Assembly: GCA_965242695.1 (NCBI GenBank)
Contig: CBDESU010000002.1
Coordinates: 1,280,001-1,344,000, forward strand
Origin: Cenarchaeum sp.
GTDB lineage: Archaea; Thermoproteota; Nitrososphaeria; Nitrososphaerales; Nitrosopumilaceae
Length of the DNA stretch: 64,000 nt
Direction: 5' to 3'
A program made the translations under genes and the position numbers. Shown here piece after piece: positions 45,490 to 55,059 of the stretch (its first letter is position 1; every line of letters begins with the position of its first letter). Under the pieces are notes generated by a model. The model ran no database searches. It was not told the DNA's origin and saw only the letters and a list, made by a program, of their open reading frames with translations.

Positions 45490-48402
45490 ATGCTTATATG
45501 GAATGATCCGCCGAACCGTGCCATGCGTGTGGCAGGCCATGCCCGAGGGCGCCGTCGGTGCCTAGCGGTTGCAGTGTTGGCCGCCGCCGCAGCCGCCGCC
45601 GTTGCGACGCCCCTGCCCACTGCATACGCAGACACCTACGGCAGCCATGGGTTCTACACCGAGCATCCCCCGTCTTGGACCGTTGTCGACACGTGGGACT
45701 CCGACGGCAGGGTCGTGTTCAGCACCGCAGGGGGCACCGGCAGCGAGCAGGGCGTTGCCCGCGTCGTGGTGTCCCTGCTAGACGAGTACGAGGTTGCCAC
45801 GCGCGACGGCGGCACGGACGAGCTGCCTGCGGGCATTGAGGGCCAGGAACTGCTCGATGCGCTGGTGCAAAGTTCTAGGACGGCCTGCCAGCAGAACGTC
45901 TACGGCTCGTGCTGGTACTATGAGCTTGAGGACTCTCGGCTGGTAGTCATCGGAGGGGTGCAGGCGGCATCACTGCGCTTCAGCGCCACCGTCGACGATC
46001 GCGAGGTCACCGCCCGCGAGGTGGTCGTGCCAGCGGGCGACGGAATGTACTGGTCCGTGAGGGGAACAGCCGGCGACGGCGGGCCGATCGAGGAGGTCGA
46101 GTCGCTCGTTTCCGCTTTCCAGCTAGAGGACGGCGCGGACGGTGGCGGCGCAACTCGGGGCTATTCAACGGGACCTGCCGCATCTGCCGCCACGGGAGAG
46201 GTTCCGGCGCAGACTGCCGGCGGAAGCTGCGGCAGCGAGGACCGTGATCGGCATGCAGGATCCAACGTGATTCCCGCCGATGCGTCGATCGTGCTCGAAA
46301 AGGCACTCGATGTCAACCTCATACTAGTCGGTGGGGAGTGGTCTGCGTACGACATCTCGGTGCTCAAGCGCGAGCTTCCCTCGTACTGCGATCCGGTCGT
46401 CACGGAGACGGGCGAAAAGGTCGGCATTCGGTATCTCTACGAGTACGACTTTGTGTCGCGTCCCGACGCATCGGGACTTGTCGGCGTAATGGAGTCGAAC
46501 TCCGCCACGCGCCCGCTGTTCGAGGCGGGCGGGAAAGAGGCGAACACGTGGCTTGCCTGGTGGGTCTCGAAGTTCCACCGCTCGTGGATCACGGACGGGT
46601 TTGCGGGCGGCCCGCCGGGCAAGCCCGAGTACCGCCTCGTCGACGCCCTAGCGGTCGAGGAGTACCTGTACGAGGAGGTCATCGCATCCGATCCGGACCT
46701 GGCGGATCCCACATCCGCCAACCTCGTGTTCCTCACGCCGGATCCCTCCGACGTGCGCTACCTGTACAACTACCGCCTGGACGGCTTTGACAAGTCGACG
46801 GACAAGAGGTTCGAGTACGTGGGGCTCATGGGGTACGGGGGCGTCCACAACATGCAGTTCTTCGACCTGTACGCCGCGCCGTGGATCGACATCGACATCT
46901 GGACGTTCAAGTACGACGAGTGGGACCGCCTACACTCGCTGCACGACTGCGATGCGAGCTATCTCTCGTACGAAGAGTGCTTTTACGACGCCGCGTCGTT
47001 CCATGCCCGATCTGCGCTGAGCCACATAGTCACCCCGTCGTTCGTCTACCCCGTCGAGCACCACGAGCGCTACCTTGTCGACGTGCTGGTCTACGTGGCG
47101 CCCGGCGGCGCGGTCACGGTCACGCCCGCCTCCCTAAAGCACCTCATCAATGAGGATGCGGTTGTCTCCGAGCTAGAGTACCTGTACCCGCATGCGGAGT
47201 GGTCGCTGGAGACGTCGGTAGAGCGCCGCGACCTGCGCGGCCTCTCGCTGGACTTCAAGGGCGACCTGGAAAAGGGCAAGACCGCGGTGGTGGAGGAGAG
47301 CATATTCGGCCCGGAACGGCAGTACCTCATCCTCGACTCGGAAAACCTGCAGCCGCACCTCCTGCAGTGGGCGGCCGATCGGGTGTCCGACCGCGGCGCC
47401 GATTCGGGCACGCGGGTGATACCCGTCCTTGTCGTGGTGGGCACGACTCCCGCCGAGCTTGCAGTCGATGAGATCGGCGTCCTAGGGTACGCACCCTCTG
47501 TGCCAGGCAGCGACGGCGAGCCGTGCTGCGCGCTTGCGGTGACGGACGAGCCCAACGTATGGAATGACGGGATCGGCATTTCTGATCTTGTCCTGCACGA
47601 GGTAGGCCATACCCTTGGACTGCATCATCCGTTCCTGTCGTTCGACATCTACGGAGCGCCACACTACAACGGGTACTACAACTGGTATGCGAGCCCGATG
47701 ACGTACTCGATGCCGTCGCTGTCGTCTGCCTGCGGCCACCTCTACGGTATAGCGTACGACCGGCCGTGCGGCAATCCGTCCCTGTCGTTTACCGTGTTTG
47801 AGCGGGATCGGATAGCCGACGCCCGGCTCGCATCGCTGTACAAAAAGGTCGGCGATGCGCAGGACGGCGGAAGCGGGATCCGGCCGGGCGCGGTCGGCGC
47901 CCTGGTCGACGAGTCGATGGAGCGGTTCAGGATGGGCGATGTCCTGTCTGCGCGGGGGGCGCTTCAAAAGATGGCCGAGGCCCACGCTGCCGCCCTGAGG
48001 GGAACTCCTACGTCCCAGATCCCGGGCATGGCGCCCGCCGCCCCTCCCCCCGCAGCCGCGCCGGCTCCGCAGCCGGGCACGGCGCCGCCCGCTGTTCCCG
48101 AATGGGTCAAGAGCACCGCCGGCTGGTGGGCCGACGGCATGATCAGCGACTCGGACTTTGTCAACGGGATAGGCTTTCTCATCGACACCGGCGTGATCGA
48201 CATGGGCCCTGACGGGGCGGACGTCTCGCCGGCGCAGCGCGGGCAGCCTTCCGGCACCGCCGCCGGTGCTGCTGCGCCGCAGGTGCCTGGCTGGGTCAAG
48301 ATGAGCGCCGGATGGTGGGCCGACGGCATGATCAGCGAGGCCGAGTTTGTCCGCGGGATGGAGTTTCTTGTCTCCGAGGGAATCATCCGGACGGGGCGGT
48401 AG
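45490..48402 (+). CDS. Secreted metzincin-type metallopeptidase with two C-terminal thaumarchaeal surface-anchor repeats
   Basis: Signal peptide; 'HEVGHTLGLHH' (HExxHxxGxxH) followed by Met-turn 'SPMTY'; two 'PxWVKxxAGWWADGMIS..FVxG..FL' repeats. Start uncertain. Confidence 0.85.
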   Translation: MLIWNDPPNRAMRVAGHARGRRRCLAVAVLAAAAAAAVATPLPTAYADTYGSHGFYTEHPPSWTVVDTWDSDGRVVFSTAGGTGSEQGVARVVVSLLDEYEVATRDGGTDELPAGIEGQELLDALVQSSRTACQQNVYGSCWYYELEDSRLVVIGGVQAASLRFSATVDDREVTAREVVVPAGDGMYWSVRGTAGDGGPIEEVESLVSAFQLEDGADGGGATRGYSTGPAASAATGEVPAQTAGGSCGSEDRDRHAGSNVIPADASIVLEKALDVNLILVGGEWSAYDISVLKRELPSYCDPVVTETGEKVGIRYLYEYDFVSRPDASGLVGVMESNSATRPLFEAGGKEANTWLAWWVSKFHRSWITDGFAGGPPGKPEYRLVDALAVEEYLYEEVIASDPDLADPTSANLVFLTPDPSDVRYLYNYRLDGFDKSTDKRFEYVGLMGYGGVHNMQFFDLYAAPWIDIDIWTFKYDEWDRLHSLHDCDASYLSYEECFYDAASFHARSALSHIVTPSFVYPVEHHERYLVDVLVYVAPGGAVTVTPASLKHLINEDAVVSELEYLYPHAEWSLETSVERRDLRGLSLDFKGDLEKGKTAVVEESIFGPERQYLILDSENLQPHLLQWAADRVSDRGADSGTRVIPVLVVVGTTPAELAVDEIGVLGYAPSVPGSDGEPCCALAVTDEPNVWNDGIGISDLVLHEVGHTLGLHHPFLSFDIYGAPHYNGYYNWYASPMTYSMPSLSSACGHLYGIAYDRPCGNPSLSFTVFERDRIADARLASLYKKVGDAQDGGSGIRPGAVGALVDESMERFRMGDVLSARGALQKMAEAHAAALRGTPTSQIPGMAPAAPPPAAAPAPQPGTAPPAVPEWVKSTAGWWADGMISDSDFVNGIGFLIDTGVIDMGPDGADVSPAQRGQPSGTAAGAAAPQVPGWVKMSAGWWADGMISEAEFVRGMEFLVSEGIIRTGR

Positions 48403-48428
48403 CGTACGCGGCTGGCAATGATGGGTAG

Positions 48429-48515
48429 TGGCGCGGGGAGGGGGATTCGAACCCCCGTGTCCCAAGGGACATGGGATTAGCAATCCCACGCCATACCGGG
48501 CTAGGCGACCCCCGC
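48429..48515 (-). tRNA. tRNA-Ser(GCT), CCA encoded
   Basis: GCGGGGG acceptor, TGGGA-TTGCTAA-TCCCA anticodon arm, variable arm GTCCC/GGGAC, TTCGAAT T-loop, G73 + CCA. Confidence 0.95.
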
Positions 48516-48601
48516 ACACCGCGCCGTATTGCGGCGTGCTAATAAAACTGTGGGGCGCTGCCCCGCAGCGGGGCGGGATGCAGGCGCCGCCCGGCCGCCC
48601 G

Positions 48602-49360
48602 CTACGCCTGCGCCTCGCCGTACCGCGAGTACTTTGTGACAATGTCGTCGATGGGCATGCGCGGGCCGCCGACGACCTTTAGGTCGACCGAAACGGACCT
48701 GCCGGGGCCGACAGTGATCACGTTGTACGTGTTCTCGAACAGGCCGCGGACGCGCTCGGACGTGGCCGTGCCGGCGTTGACGATCTCTAGGTCGCCAAAG
48801 TTCCACACCCACGGCCTGTGCTTGTGGCCGCACAGGACGAGGTCGACCTTTGTGGCCAGTATGGTGCGCAGCACGTCGCCGGCGTCCGTGATGGTGAGCC
48901 GGTCGGCCCCCGTGTCGGGGATGCCGATGAGGTGGTGGTGCATGGCGAGTATCTTTACGCGTCCGTCGTACTTTTTCATGGTGCGCTCCAGCCACAGGTT
49001 CTGCCTGTACCCGACCTCGCCCTCGTCGCGGTCGGGCCGGGCGGTCCCGGCGGTGACGACGACCGCGTCGCCGCCGAGCTCGTTCACGGGCTCGCTCGGA
49101 AAGTACTTCTTGAAGTGGAGGTACCCCGTGTTCCTGTAGTCGTGGTTGCCGCTGACGGCGATGATCCTGCCGCAGTCGAACCTGGAGAGCAGCTCGGCGC
49201 ACCTCTCGTACTCCTTGACGAGGCCCTCGTTCGTCAGGTCGCCGGTGACGAGCATCGCGTCAGGCCTGATGCCGCCGTTGACCTCTTCGACTATGGTGTC
49301 GAACGCGTCGGGCTGGAACTGCGAGCCGACGTGCAGGTCGGACAGCTGCACTATGATCAT
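48602..49360 (-). CDS. Calcineurin-like metallophosphoesterase
   Basis: 'SDLH', 'TGDL', 'GNHD', 'MHH', 'GHKH'. Confidence 0.92.
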   Translation of the reverse strand: MIIVQLSDLHVGSQFQPDAFDTIVEEVNGGIRPDAMLVTGDLTNEGLVKEYERCAELLSRFDCGRIIAVSGNHDYRNTGYLHFKKYFPSEPVNELGGDAVVVTAGTARPDRDEGEVGYRQNLWLERTMKKYDGRVKILAMHHHLIGIPDTGADRLTITDAGDVLRTILATKVDLVLCGHKHRPWVWNFGDLEIVNAGTATSERVRGLFENTYNVITVGPGRSVSVDLKVVGGPRMPIDDIVTKYSRYGEAQA

Positions 49361-49440
49361 CGGCGCGGCGCGGCGGCCGGCGGCGTTAATAACTGATGGC
49401 CGGCGCGTAGGTTAAATACGCGCCGCGGGCGGCGCGCGCC

Positions 49441-50466
49441 GTGTCGAAAAGGGCCGCGGTAATCAACGGCGACGGGACGGGCCCCGAGCTTGTCGATGCG
49501 ATGGTGCGCGTCTTGGAGGCGTGCAACATGCAGAGCGAGCTGGTGCGGTGCGAGGCCGGCTCGGAGCAGTGGGAGCGGACGGGCGGCGCGTCGTACATAC
49601 CCGACGAGACGGCGCGCATAATGGAAGAGAGCGACGCGTGCTACAAGGGGCCGACTACGACCATCCCTTCGCCGGATGCGCCGCGCAGCGTGGCCGTCTC
49701 GACGCGCCAAAAGTTCGGGCTGTTCGCCAACGTGCGGCCGATAAGGACGTACGAGCGCCTCTCGCCGGGCAGGTCGCTCGACTTTGTATGCTTTAGGGAG
49801 GCTACCGAGGGCCTCTACTCGGGGATCGAGTTCGACACGTCAGACGACTCGGCAGTTGCGATACGCAAGATTACCCGCAAGGGGTGTCGCCGCATAGCCG
49901 ATGCGGCGTTCAAGTGGGCCGCCGAGCGCGGCCTCGGGCGCGTCACGGCGATCACAAAGCGCAACATCCTGAAGCGGACGGACGGCATATTCTGGGGCGA
50001 GATAGAGCGGGCCTCGTCCGAGACGGGGATAGCCGCCGAAGAGTACTATATCGACAACATGACGCAGCAGCTCGTAAAGAACCCCGAGAGGTTCAACGGG
50101 TCGGTCCTGGTCAGCACGAACCTGTTCATGGACATCGTATCCGAGTGCGCCTCGGGCAGCATCGGCTCGATAGGCAACGTGTACTCGGCCAACCTGGGCG
50201 AGTCGTACGCCATGTTCGAGCCTGCGCACGGCAGCGCCCCAAAGTACAAGGGCATGGACAAGGTCAACCCGACGGCGGCGATACTGTCGGGGGCGTGGAT
50301 GGCCGAGTACCTCGGGGAGCCGCATGTGCGGAATGCGGTCTTCGAGGCCGTCGAGGCCGTCATCAACGAGGGCAGGGCCGTCACGTACGACATCGGGGGT
50401 GCGGCGGGCACTAGCGACATGGCCGCGGCCGTGGCCGACAGGGCCGCCTCCCTGCTGCGAAGATAG
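49441..50466 (+). CDS. Isocitrate/isopropylmalate dehydrogenase family protein
   Basis: 'GDGTGPE', 'ANVRP', 'REATEGLY', 'NLFMDIVSE', 'FEPAHGSAP', 'NPTAAILS'. Confidence 0.92.
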   Translation: MSKRAAVINGDGTGPELVDAMVRVLEACNMQSELVRCEAGSEQWERTGGASYIPDETARIMEESDACYKGPTTTIPSPDAPRSVAVSTRQKFGLFANVRPIRTYERLSPGRSLDFVCFREATEGLYSGIEFDTSDDSAVAIRKITRKGCRRIADAAFKWAAERGLGRVTAITKRNILKRTDGIFWGEIERASSETGIAAEEYYIDNMTQQLVKNPERFNGSVLVSTNLFMDIVSECASGSIGSIGNVYSANLGESYAMFEPAHGSAPKYKGMDKVNPTAAILSGAWMAEYLGEPHVRNAVFEAVEAVINEGRAVTYDIGGAAGTSDMAAAVADRAASLLRR

Positions 50467-51066
50467 TCAGGCGGGGCGCCGCGCCTCGACAACGACGAGC
50501 TCCTCGAAGAACAGCCTTTTTCTGGCCAGCACGCCGGCTACAAGGCCGAGCCGCCCCGCCTCGGCGATCAGCGCATCGTGGCACGACAGCGACGACGTGA
50601 CGAACAGCAGCGCGCCGCCGGGGGCCACGCGCGGCGCGGCAGACCGTATGATGCGCAGCGGGACTAGCGTGCCGCGCGGCCCCCCGTCGGTGGACACGTC
50701 GTCGATGCCGTCGGTCGCCAGGTACGGCAGGTTGCACACGACAAGGTCGAACAGCCCCGACAGCGCGTCGGCGCCGTCGCAGCAGACCCGGTTGGCCCCC
50801 CTGTACGTCTGGCCCCTGAGGACCGCATGGCTGATGTCGGTGCCGACTACCGTGCCGAACGACTCTTCGAGCGACCTCGTAATGTAGCCCGACCCGCTCC
50901 CGATGTCCAGGGCCCGCCGCCCCGACCTGCCGCGCACGTGGTCGTCAAGGAAGAAGGTGTCCTCGGCCGGCTCGTACTCGGCCGCGCGCGCGACCGATGC
51001 GGCAGGCTGCGGGGACGGCTCCGGAGGGGCTGGCCCCTCTTCCCCTCCGCTCAAGGTCGCCGGCAC
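50467..51066 (-). CDS. HemK2/Mtq2-family methyltransferase
   Basis: 'YEPAEDTFFL', 'LDIGSGSG', 'NLPYL', 'DGG'. Confidence 0.88.
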   Translation of the reverse strand: MPATLSGGEEGPAPPEPSPQPAASVARAAEYEPAEDTFFLDDHVRGRSGRRALDIGSGSGYITRSLEESFGTVVGTDISHAVLRGQTYRGANRVCCDGADALSGLFDLVVCNLPYLATDGIDDVSTDGGPRGTLVPLRIIRSAAPRVAPGGALLFVTSSLSCHDALIAEAGRLGLVAGVLARKRLFFEELVVVEARRPA

Positions 51067-51884
51067 CCCTCGTCCGCCGCCGCTGCGGCGGTACGCCCCG
51101 CAATTGCATCCGCGATCCGCACGATCTCCGCCTCGTCCAGGTCGTCAAGGCGCATCCCGTCCCGCCCGCCGCCGGCGCCTCCAGCATCCTCGGCCGTCCC
51201 GCCCGCCGCGCGCACGGCGTTGCGCAGCGACTTGCGCCTGTGCGAGAACAGCGCGTTGACGCCTGCGATCGTCCAGGGCCGCACCTCTGCCCTCCTCCGC
51301 AGCTCGACGATCGACGAGTCGACGGCGGGCTCGGGCTCGAACTGCCCCCTGCCCACGCGCGCGATCTCGCGCACGCCGAACGCGTATCGGGCCACCACGC
51401 CGACGGCGCGCCTCGGCCCCCTGCCGGACAGCTTGCCTGCAAACTCCCTCTGGACCATGACGACGGCGCGGGGCACGGGCGACACGGCCAGCCACTCGAT
51501 CGCGCGGCGGCTCTGCGAGTACGGCAGGCTCGAGACAAAGACGGACGCGCTGCAGGACGCGGGGTCTGGGGCGAACCCGTCGCCGCCGACCAGGGTCAGG
51601 TTTGCAGCTCCCCGCAGCCTGGCCCTCGCCTCGGCGAGCAGCGACTCGTCGGCCTCGTACGAGACGACGCTGCCCGCCTCGCGGCACAGCGGGGCCGTCA
51701 GCGCGCCCCTGCCGGCGCCGACCTCGAGCACCGAGTCGCCCCTGCCAGGCCGCGCGGCCCCGACCATGGCGCCGATCGCCGGCGCGCCGTCCCTGAGCAG
51801 GTGCTGGCCGAGGCGCCTGCGTCTCGGGCCGGCGGCGCGATGCGGGATGCCGCCGATGCCGGCAAGGCCGGAGCCCCGCGACAT
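51051..51884 (-). CDS. rsmA: 16S rRNA adenine dimethyltransferase KsgA/RsmA
   Basis: 'LGQHLL', 'VLEVGAGRGALT', 'SLPY', 'MVQREFA', 'PAVDS', 'HRRKSLRN'. Confidence 0.9.
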   Translation of the reverse strand: MSRGSGLAGIGGIPHRAAGPRRRRLGQHLLRDGAPAIGAMVGAARPGRGDSVLEVGAGRGALTAPLCREAGSVVSYEADESLLAEARARLRGAANLTLVGGDGFAPDPASCSASVFVSSLPYSQSRRAIEWLAVSPVPRAVVMVQREFAGKLSGRGPRRAVGVVARYAFGVREIARVGRGQFEPEPAVDSSIVELRRRAEVRPWTIAGVNALFSHRRKSLRNAVRAAGGTAEDAGGAGGGRDGMRLDDLDEAEIVRIADAIAGRTAAAAADEGCRRP

Positions 51885-51889
51885 GGGCC

Positions 51890-52489
51890 TCACCTCTTGG
51901 CGAACAGGCACGTGCGGGTCTTGCCGGTGACCTCTTCGACTATGCGCTGCACGATGCACCAGCGGGGATCGTCGAGGCCCGTCCGTTCGGTGATATCCTC
52001 AAAGCTGTCGAACTTGCGCCTGCCGCGCTCCTCGAGTATGGCCTTGGTGTACGTCTTGCCGATGCCGGGGAACTGATCGAGCGCGTGCACCTTGGTCGTA
52101 AGGTGGTCGGCCTTGTTGTAGTAGTTTACGAATCGGTCCTCGTGGTCGTCGACGATCTTTTCGATTATGTCGGGTATCTGGCCGCGCGCCTGGTCGGAGA
52201 GCCTCTCGTACCTGACCTTTCCGAGGACGAGCGTGACCTTCGACTCCTGCTCCCTGTCGACGCATATGCGCTCGCCCGTCTCGAAGGTGGCGTTCTCTGC
52301 GCCGATCATCTCGAGGAGCGTAAACCTGTTCTCGCCGATCGCCGTGACTATGGTGCCGTCCCTGCCGCGCGACGTGACGGATCGGCCGCGCCTGTTCACG
52401 CCGATCACCCTGGCAAACTCCTCGTACCGCTTCGGGCCGCGCTGCGGGGCCCGCAGGGAGCGCCCTGCGCCTGATAGTACGCTGCTCAT
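51890..52489 (-). CDS. DUF655 family predicted RNA-binding protein
   Basis: 'AIGENRFTLLE', 'HALDQFPGIGK', 'FDSFEDI'; typical position between rpo4 and ksgA. Confidence 0.85.
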   Translation of the reverse strand: MSSVLSGAGRSLRAPQRGPKRYEEFARVIGVNRRGRSVTSRGRDGTIVTAIGENRFTLLEMIGAENATFETGERICVDREQESKVTLVLGKVRYERLSDQARGQIPDIIEKIVDDHEDRFVNYYNKADHLTTKVHALDQFPGIGKTYTKAILEERGRRKFDSFEDITERTGLDDPRWCIVQRIVEEVTGKTRTCLFAKR

Positions 52490-52505
52490 CGCCCAAGCGC
52501 CCCCG

Positions 52506-52832
52506 TCACGCGTGCTCCTTGACTATCTTGAGCACGTCCTCTAGCGTCTTGGGCATGATGAGCTTCTTCCACCCGAACGTAAACGCGCGCAGCTCCTGGA
52601 TCGTCATGGGGCATATGTTGATGATCTCGACTGCCTCTTCCTCGGTCAGCTCGCACTCCTTGACCAACCGCTGGCGGGCCTTCTTGGCCTCCTTGCCGTC
52701 CATGGGCGAGAACTTTGCCGCATAGTCGAACGTCCAGCGCTGTATCTGGTCCATCTCCTCGGGGTCGGACTTGCCTAGTATGTCCTTTACCTCTGCAACC
52801 GACACGGGCCTCTTGGCCTTTACCTCTTCCAT
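52506..52832 (-). CDS. rpo4: RNA polymerase subunit Rpo4 (RpoF)
   Basis: 'VSVAEVKDIL..DYAAKFS..AVEIINICP..ELRA'; follows rpl21e. Confidence 0.9.
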   Translation of the reverse strand: MEEVKAKRPVSVAEVKDILGKSDPEEMDQIQRWTFDYAAKFSPMDGKEAKKARQRLVKECELTEEEAVEIINICPMTIQELRAFTFGWKKLIMPKTLEDVLKIVKEHA

Positions 52833-52833
52833 G

Positions 52834-53133
52834 TCAAACACCAAACGGCTTGATGTGATCCATCCTTGTGATCAGCGTCTTGGTCTTGTTGCCCAGCTTC
52901 ACGCGCAGCGTCACGGCCCTCCTGCCCACCTCGGCCACCGTGCCGACCTTGCCGTGGTACCTGCGGTGGGGGAGGCCCTTGTGCTGCCGCGGGTCGATGA
53001 TGACGAGGGCGCGGTCGCCTGCCTTGTACTCCCTGAGCAGGAACGAGACGCCCCTCGGGGCCCTCTTCGTCATGACCGACCTCGACTTGTGCCTAAACCC
53101 GTGCGAGCGGCCCGACGGCTTCTTGGTCGTCAC
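52834..53133 (-). CDS. rpl21e: 50S ribosomal protein L21e
   Basis: 'SHGFRHKSR', 'KGLPHRRYHGKVGTV', 'HIKP'. Confidence 0.95.
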   Translation of the reverse strand: MTTKKPSGRSHGFRHKSRSVMTKRAPRGVSFLLREYKAGDRALVIIDPRQHKGLPHRRYHGKVGTVAEVGRRAVTLRVKLGNKTKTLITRMDHIKPFGV

Positions 53134-53498
53134 GTGCGGGCGGCGGCAAAGGCCCGGTATTAAGTTGCGCGGCGCGGCGGCGCGGCGGCGCGCGGGCCTA
53201 GAGGCGTCCAGGCCGGCGCCGGGCGCCGCGCGGGGGGCGGGCGCCGCGCGGAGGATGCGATGTCCGCCCGGCGCCCTGCCGGCGCTTCGGTCAATCGAGC
53301 CATGCGCGCGCCGGCCCCGATGCGCCCCCCTCCGCCCGGCCTTGGGGCCCATGCACAGTCGACGGCCCGCGGCAGGGCGGCGCGGCGGCCGGATGCGCGC
53401 ACTGGGGGCGGCGCACCGGATGTGGCGGCCGAGTGGTTCTGCCGCTCTCCCGCCGCATGGAAGTCTGCGGCAGGGGCGCGTGGAGATGCGCGCGCGGC

Positions 53499-53596
53499 CC
53501 GCCTGCGCCGCCCTGGATGCGAGCCCTGCGCAGGATGCTAGGGCATCGAGTGGCGCGGCAGGGGCATCCTCCGCCTGCGCCGCCCTGGATGCGAGC
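53499..53596. repeat. 26-bp direct repeat CCGCCTGCGCCGCCCTGGATGCGAGC x2
   Basis: Copies at 53499-53524 and 53571-53596 in the radA-rpl21e intergenic region. Confidence 0.75.
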
Positions 53597-53620
53597 ACGG
53601 CGCAGGGCCCCCCGCCCGCC

Positions 53621-53639
53621 TACAAAAAATGAAAAAGGG
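53621..53639 (-). terminator. Oligo-T archaeal terminator after radA
   Basis: Minus strand reads CCCTTTTTCATTTTTTGTA ~20 nt after the radA stop. Confidence 0.55.
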
Positions 53640-53659
53640 TTGGATGTGGTCCGCAGTGG

Positions 53660-54841
53660 CTACGCGTCGGGGTCGCCGCCGACCGACGGCTCGGGCGAGC
53701 CGTCGCCGGGTATGCCGGCGTCCTCCTTTGCGTCGGGGTCTGCCTTGGTCGGCAGGTTCTTTGGCTTCTTTGTTGCCTTTCCGGCCTCCTTGGCCGCCTT
53801 TTCGGCGTCCTTTTCGGCCTTTTCGGCGTCCTTTTCGGCCTTCTTGGCCTCCTTCTCGACCTGCTTGAGGAAGTCTTCGGTGTCCTGCACTCCGCGCTCG
53901 CCGAGCTCGAAGACCTGCTCGGTCGCCGCGTGGTGCGGGCTGTCGATGATCTTTGCGACCCTCTTGTTCTTGCCACCCTTGCGGAAGTAGATCCTGTACG
54001 TGCTTGCGTGGCCGACGACGTTGCCTCCCACCGGCTTTGTCGGGTCCCCGAAGAACGAGTCGGGGCTCGACGACACCTGGTTGGTGGCGACGACGGCGCA
54101 GTTGTACGTCTCGGCGATCCTGGCAAGGAGCCGGATGTACCTTCCGAGCTTCTGCTGCCTGCTTGCGAGCGTGCCGCGCCCGAGGTACTCGGCCCTGAAC
54201 AGGCCGGTCGTCGAGTCGGACACGATCAGCTTTATGTTTTCCTCCTGGATCGTCTTGCCGGCCTCCTCTAGTATGAGGACCTGGTGCGAGCTGTTGTAGG
54301 CGCGCGCGACGATGATCCTCTCGAGCGCCTTTGCGGGGTCCATGCCGTGCGCCTGCGCGATCGTCACGACCCTCTCGGGCCTGAACGTGCCCTCGGTGTC
54401 GATGTACAGGACGTTGCCGTCTAGGCCTCCCTCGTCCTTCGACCTCTGGGTCATCACGCAGAGCGTGTGGCAGAACTGCGTCTTGCCGGAGCCGAACTCG
54501 CCGAAGACCTCCGTGATGGCCTGCGTCTCGACGCCGCCGCCAAGGAGCCTGTCGAGCGACTCGGTGCTTGTCGAGATCTTGCCGATGTTCTGGCGCCTCT
54601 TGTAGATCTCCGAGGCCGTCGCAAAGTCCTTTGTGATGGCGCCGCTCTCGGCCAGGTGCGTCCTGGCAATCGTGACGATCTTCTCGCACGTCTCGGGCGT
54701 CATGCTCGAGATCTCCCCGAGCTCGACGGGCCCCCTCACGACGAGGTCCATCAGGTTGTGGATGCCTGCGTCCTCTAGCTTCTTCTTCGTTACAGGGCCT
54801 ACGCCCTCCATGTCTGACAGGTCAAAACTGTCTGCATTCAT
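53660..54841 (-). CDS. radA: DNA repair and recombination protein RadA
   Basis: N-terminal HhH 'GVGPVT', 'GEFGSGKTQ', 'YIDTEGTFRPER', 'GGNVVGHAST', 'IDSPH'. Confidence 0.97.
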   Translation of the reverse strand: MNADSFDLSDMEGVGPVTKKKLEDAGIHNLMDLVVRGPVELGEISSMTPETCEKIVTIARTHLAESGAITKDFATASEIYKRRQNIGKISTSTESLDRLLGGGVETQAITEVFGEFGSGKTQFCHTLCVMTQRSKDEGGLDGNVLYIDTEGTFRPERVVTIAQAHGMDPAKALERIIVARAYNSSHQVLILEEAGKTIQEENIKLIVSDSTTGLFRAEYLGRGTLASRQQKLGRYIRLLARIAETYNCAVVATNQVSSSPDSFFGDPTKPVGGNVVGHASTYRIYFRKGGKNKRVAKIIDSPHHAATEQVFELGERGVQDTEDFLKQVEKEAKKAEKDAEKAEKDAEKAAKEAGKATKKPKNLPTKADPDAKEDAGIPGDGSPEPSVGGDPDA

Positions 54842-54965
54842 TGGGCGGCCGTACCGTACTATACCTATTAAAGGTTGCGATTTGACGCCCAGCGCGCCCC
54901 TAGACGCAATATTTGGCACGGGTTTGCACAAAGCGTCGCCAAATAGAAAAATCTCACTGTAGTAG

Positions 54966-54997
54966 GGCATTTGTTGCCAAAAAGCGTGACAAATGCC
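54966..54997. promoter_or_regulatory. 9-bp inverted repeat GGCATTTGT-N14-ACAAATGCC, candidate operator between radA and the ABC operon
   Basis: Seen in the sequence ~35 nt upstream of TATA TTTTTAAA (55030-55037). Confidence 0.4.
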
Positions 54998-55059
54998 TGT
55001 CAGAGTCGCGCAAAGCAACCGCCACTATCTTTTTAAACCCGCCATTGGGCGGCCGGCCG

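Noticed and set aside
53400-53500. tRNA-like start (GGCCGAGTGGTT) in the rpl21e-radA spacer
   Set aside because: No T-arm (TTCGA) and no closing acceptor stem could be formed.
53660-54841. Intein in RadA or the helicase
   Set aside because: Conserved motifs are contiguous and no intein signatures were seen.
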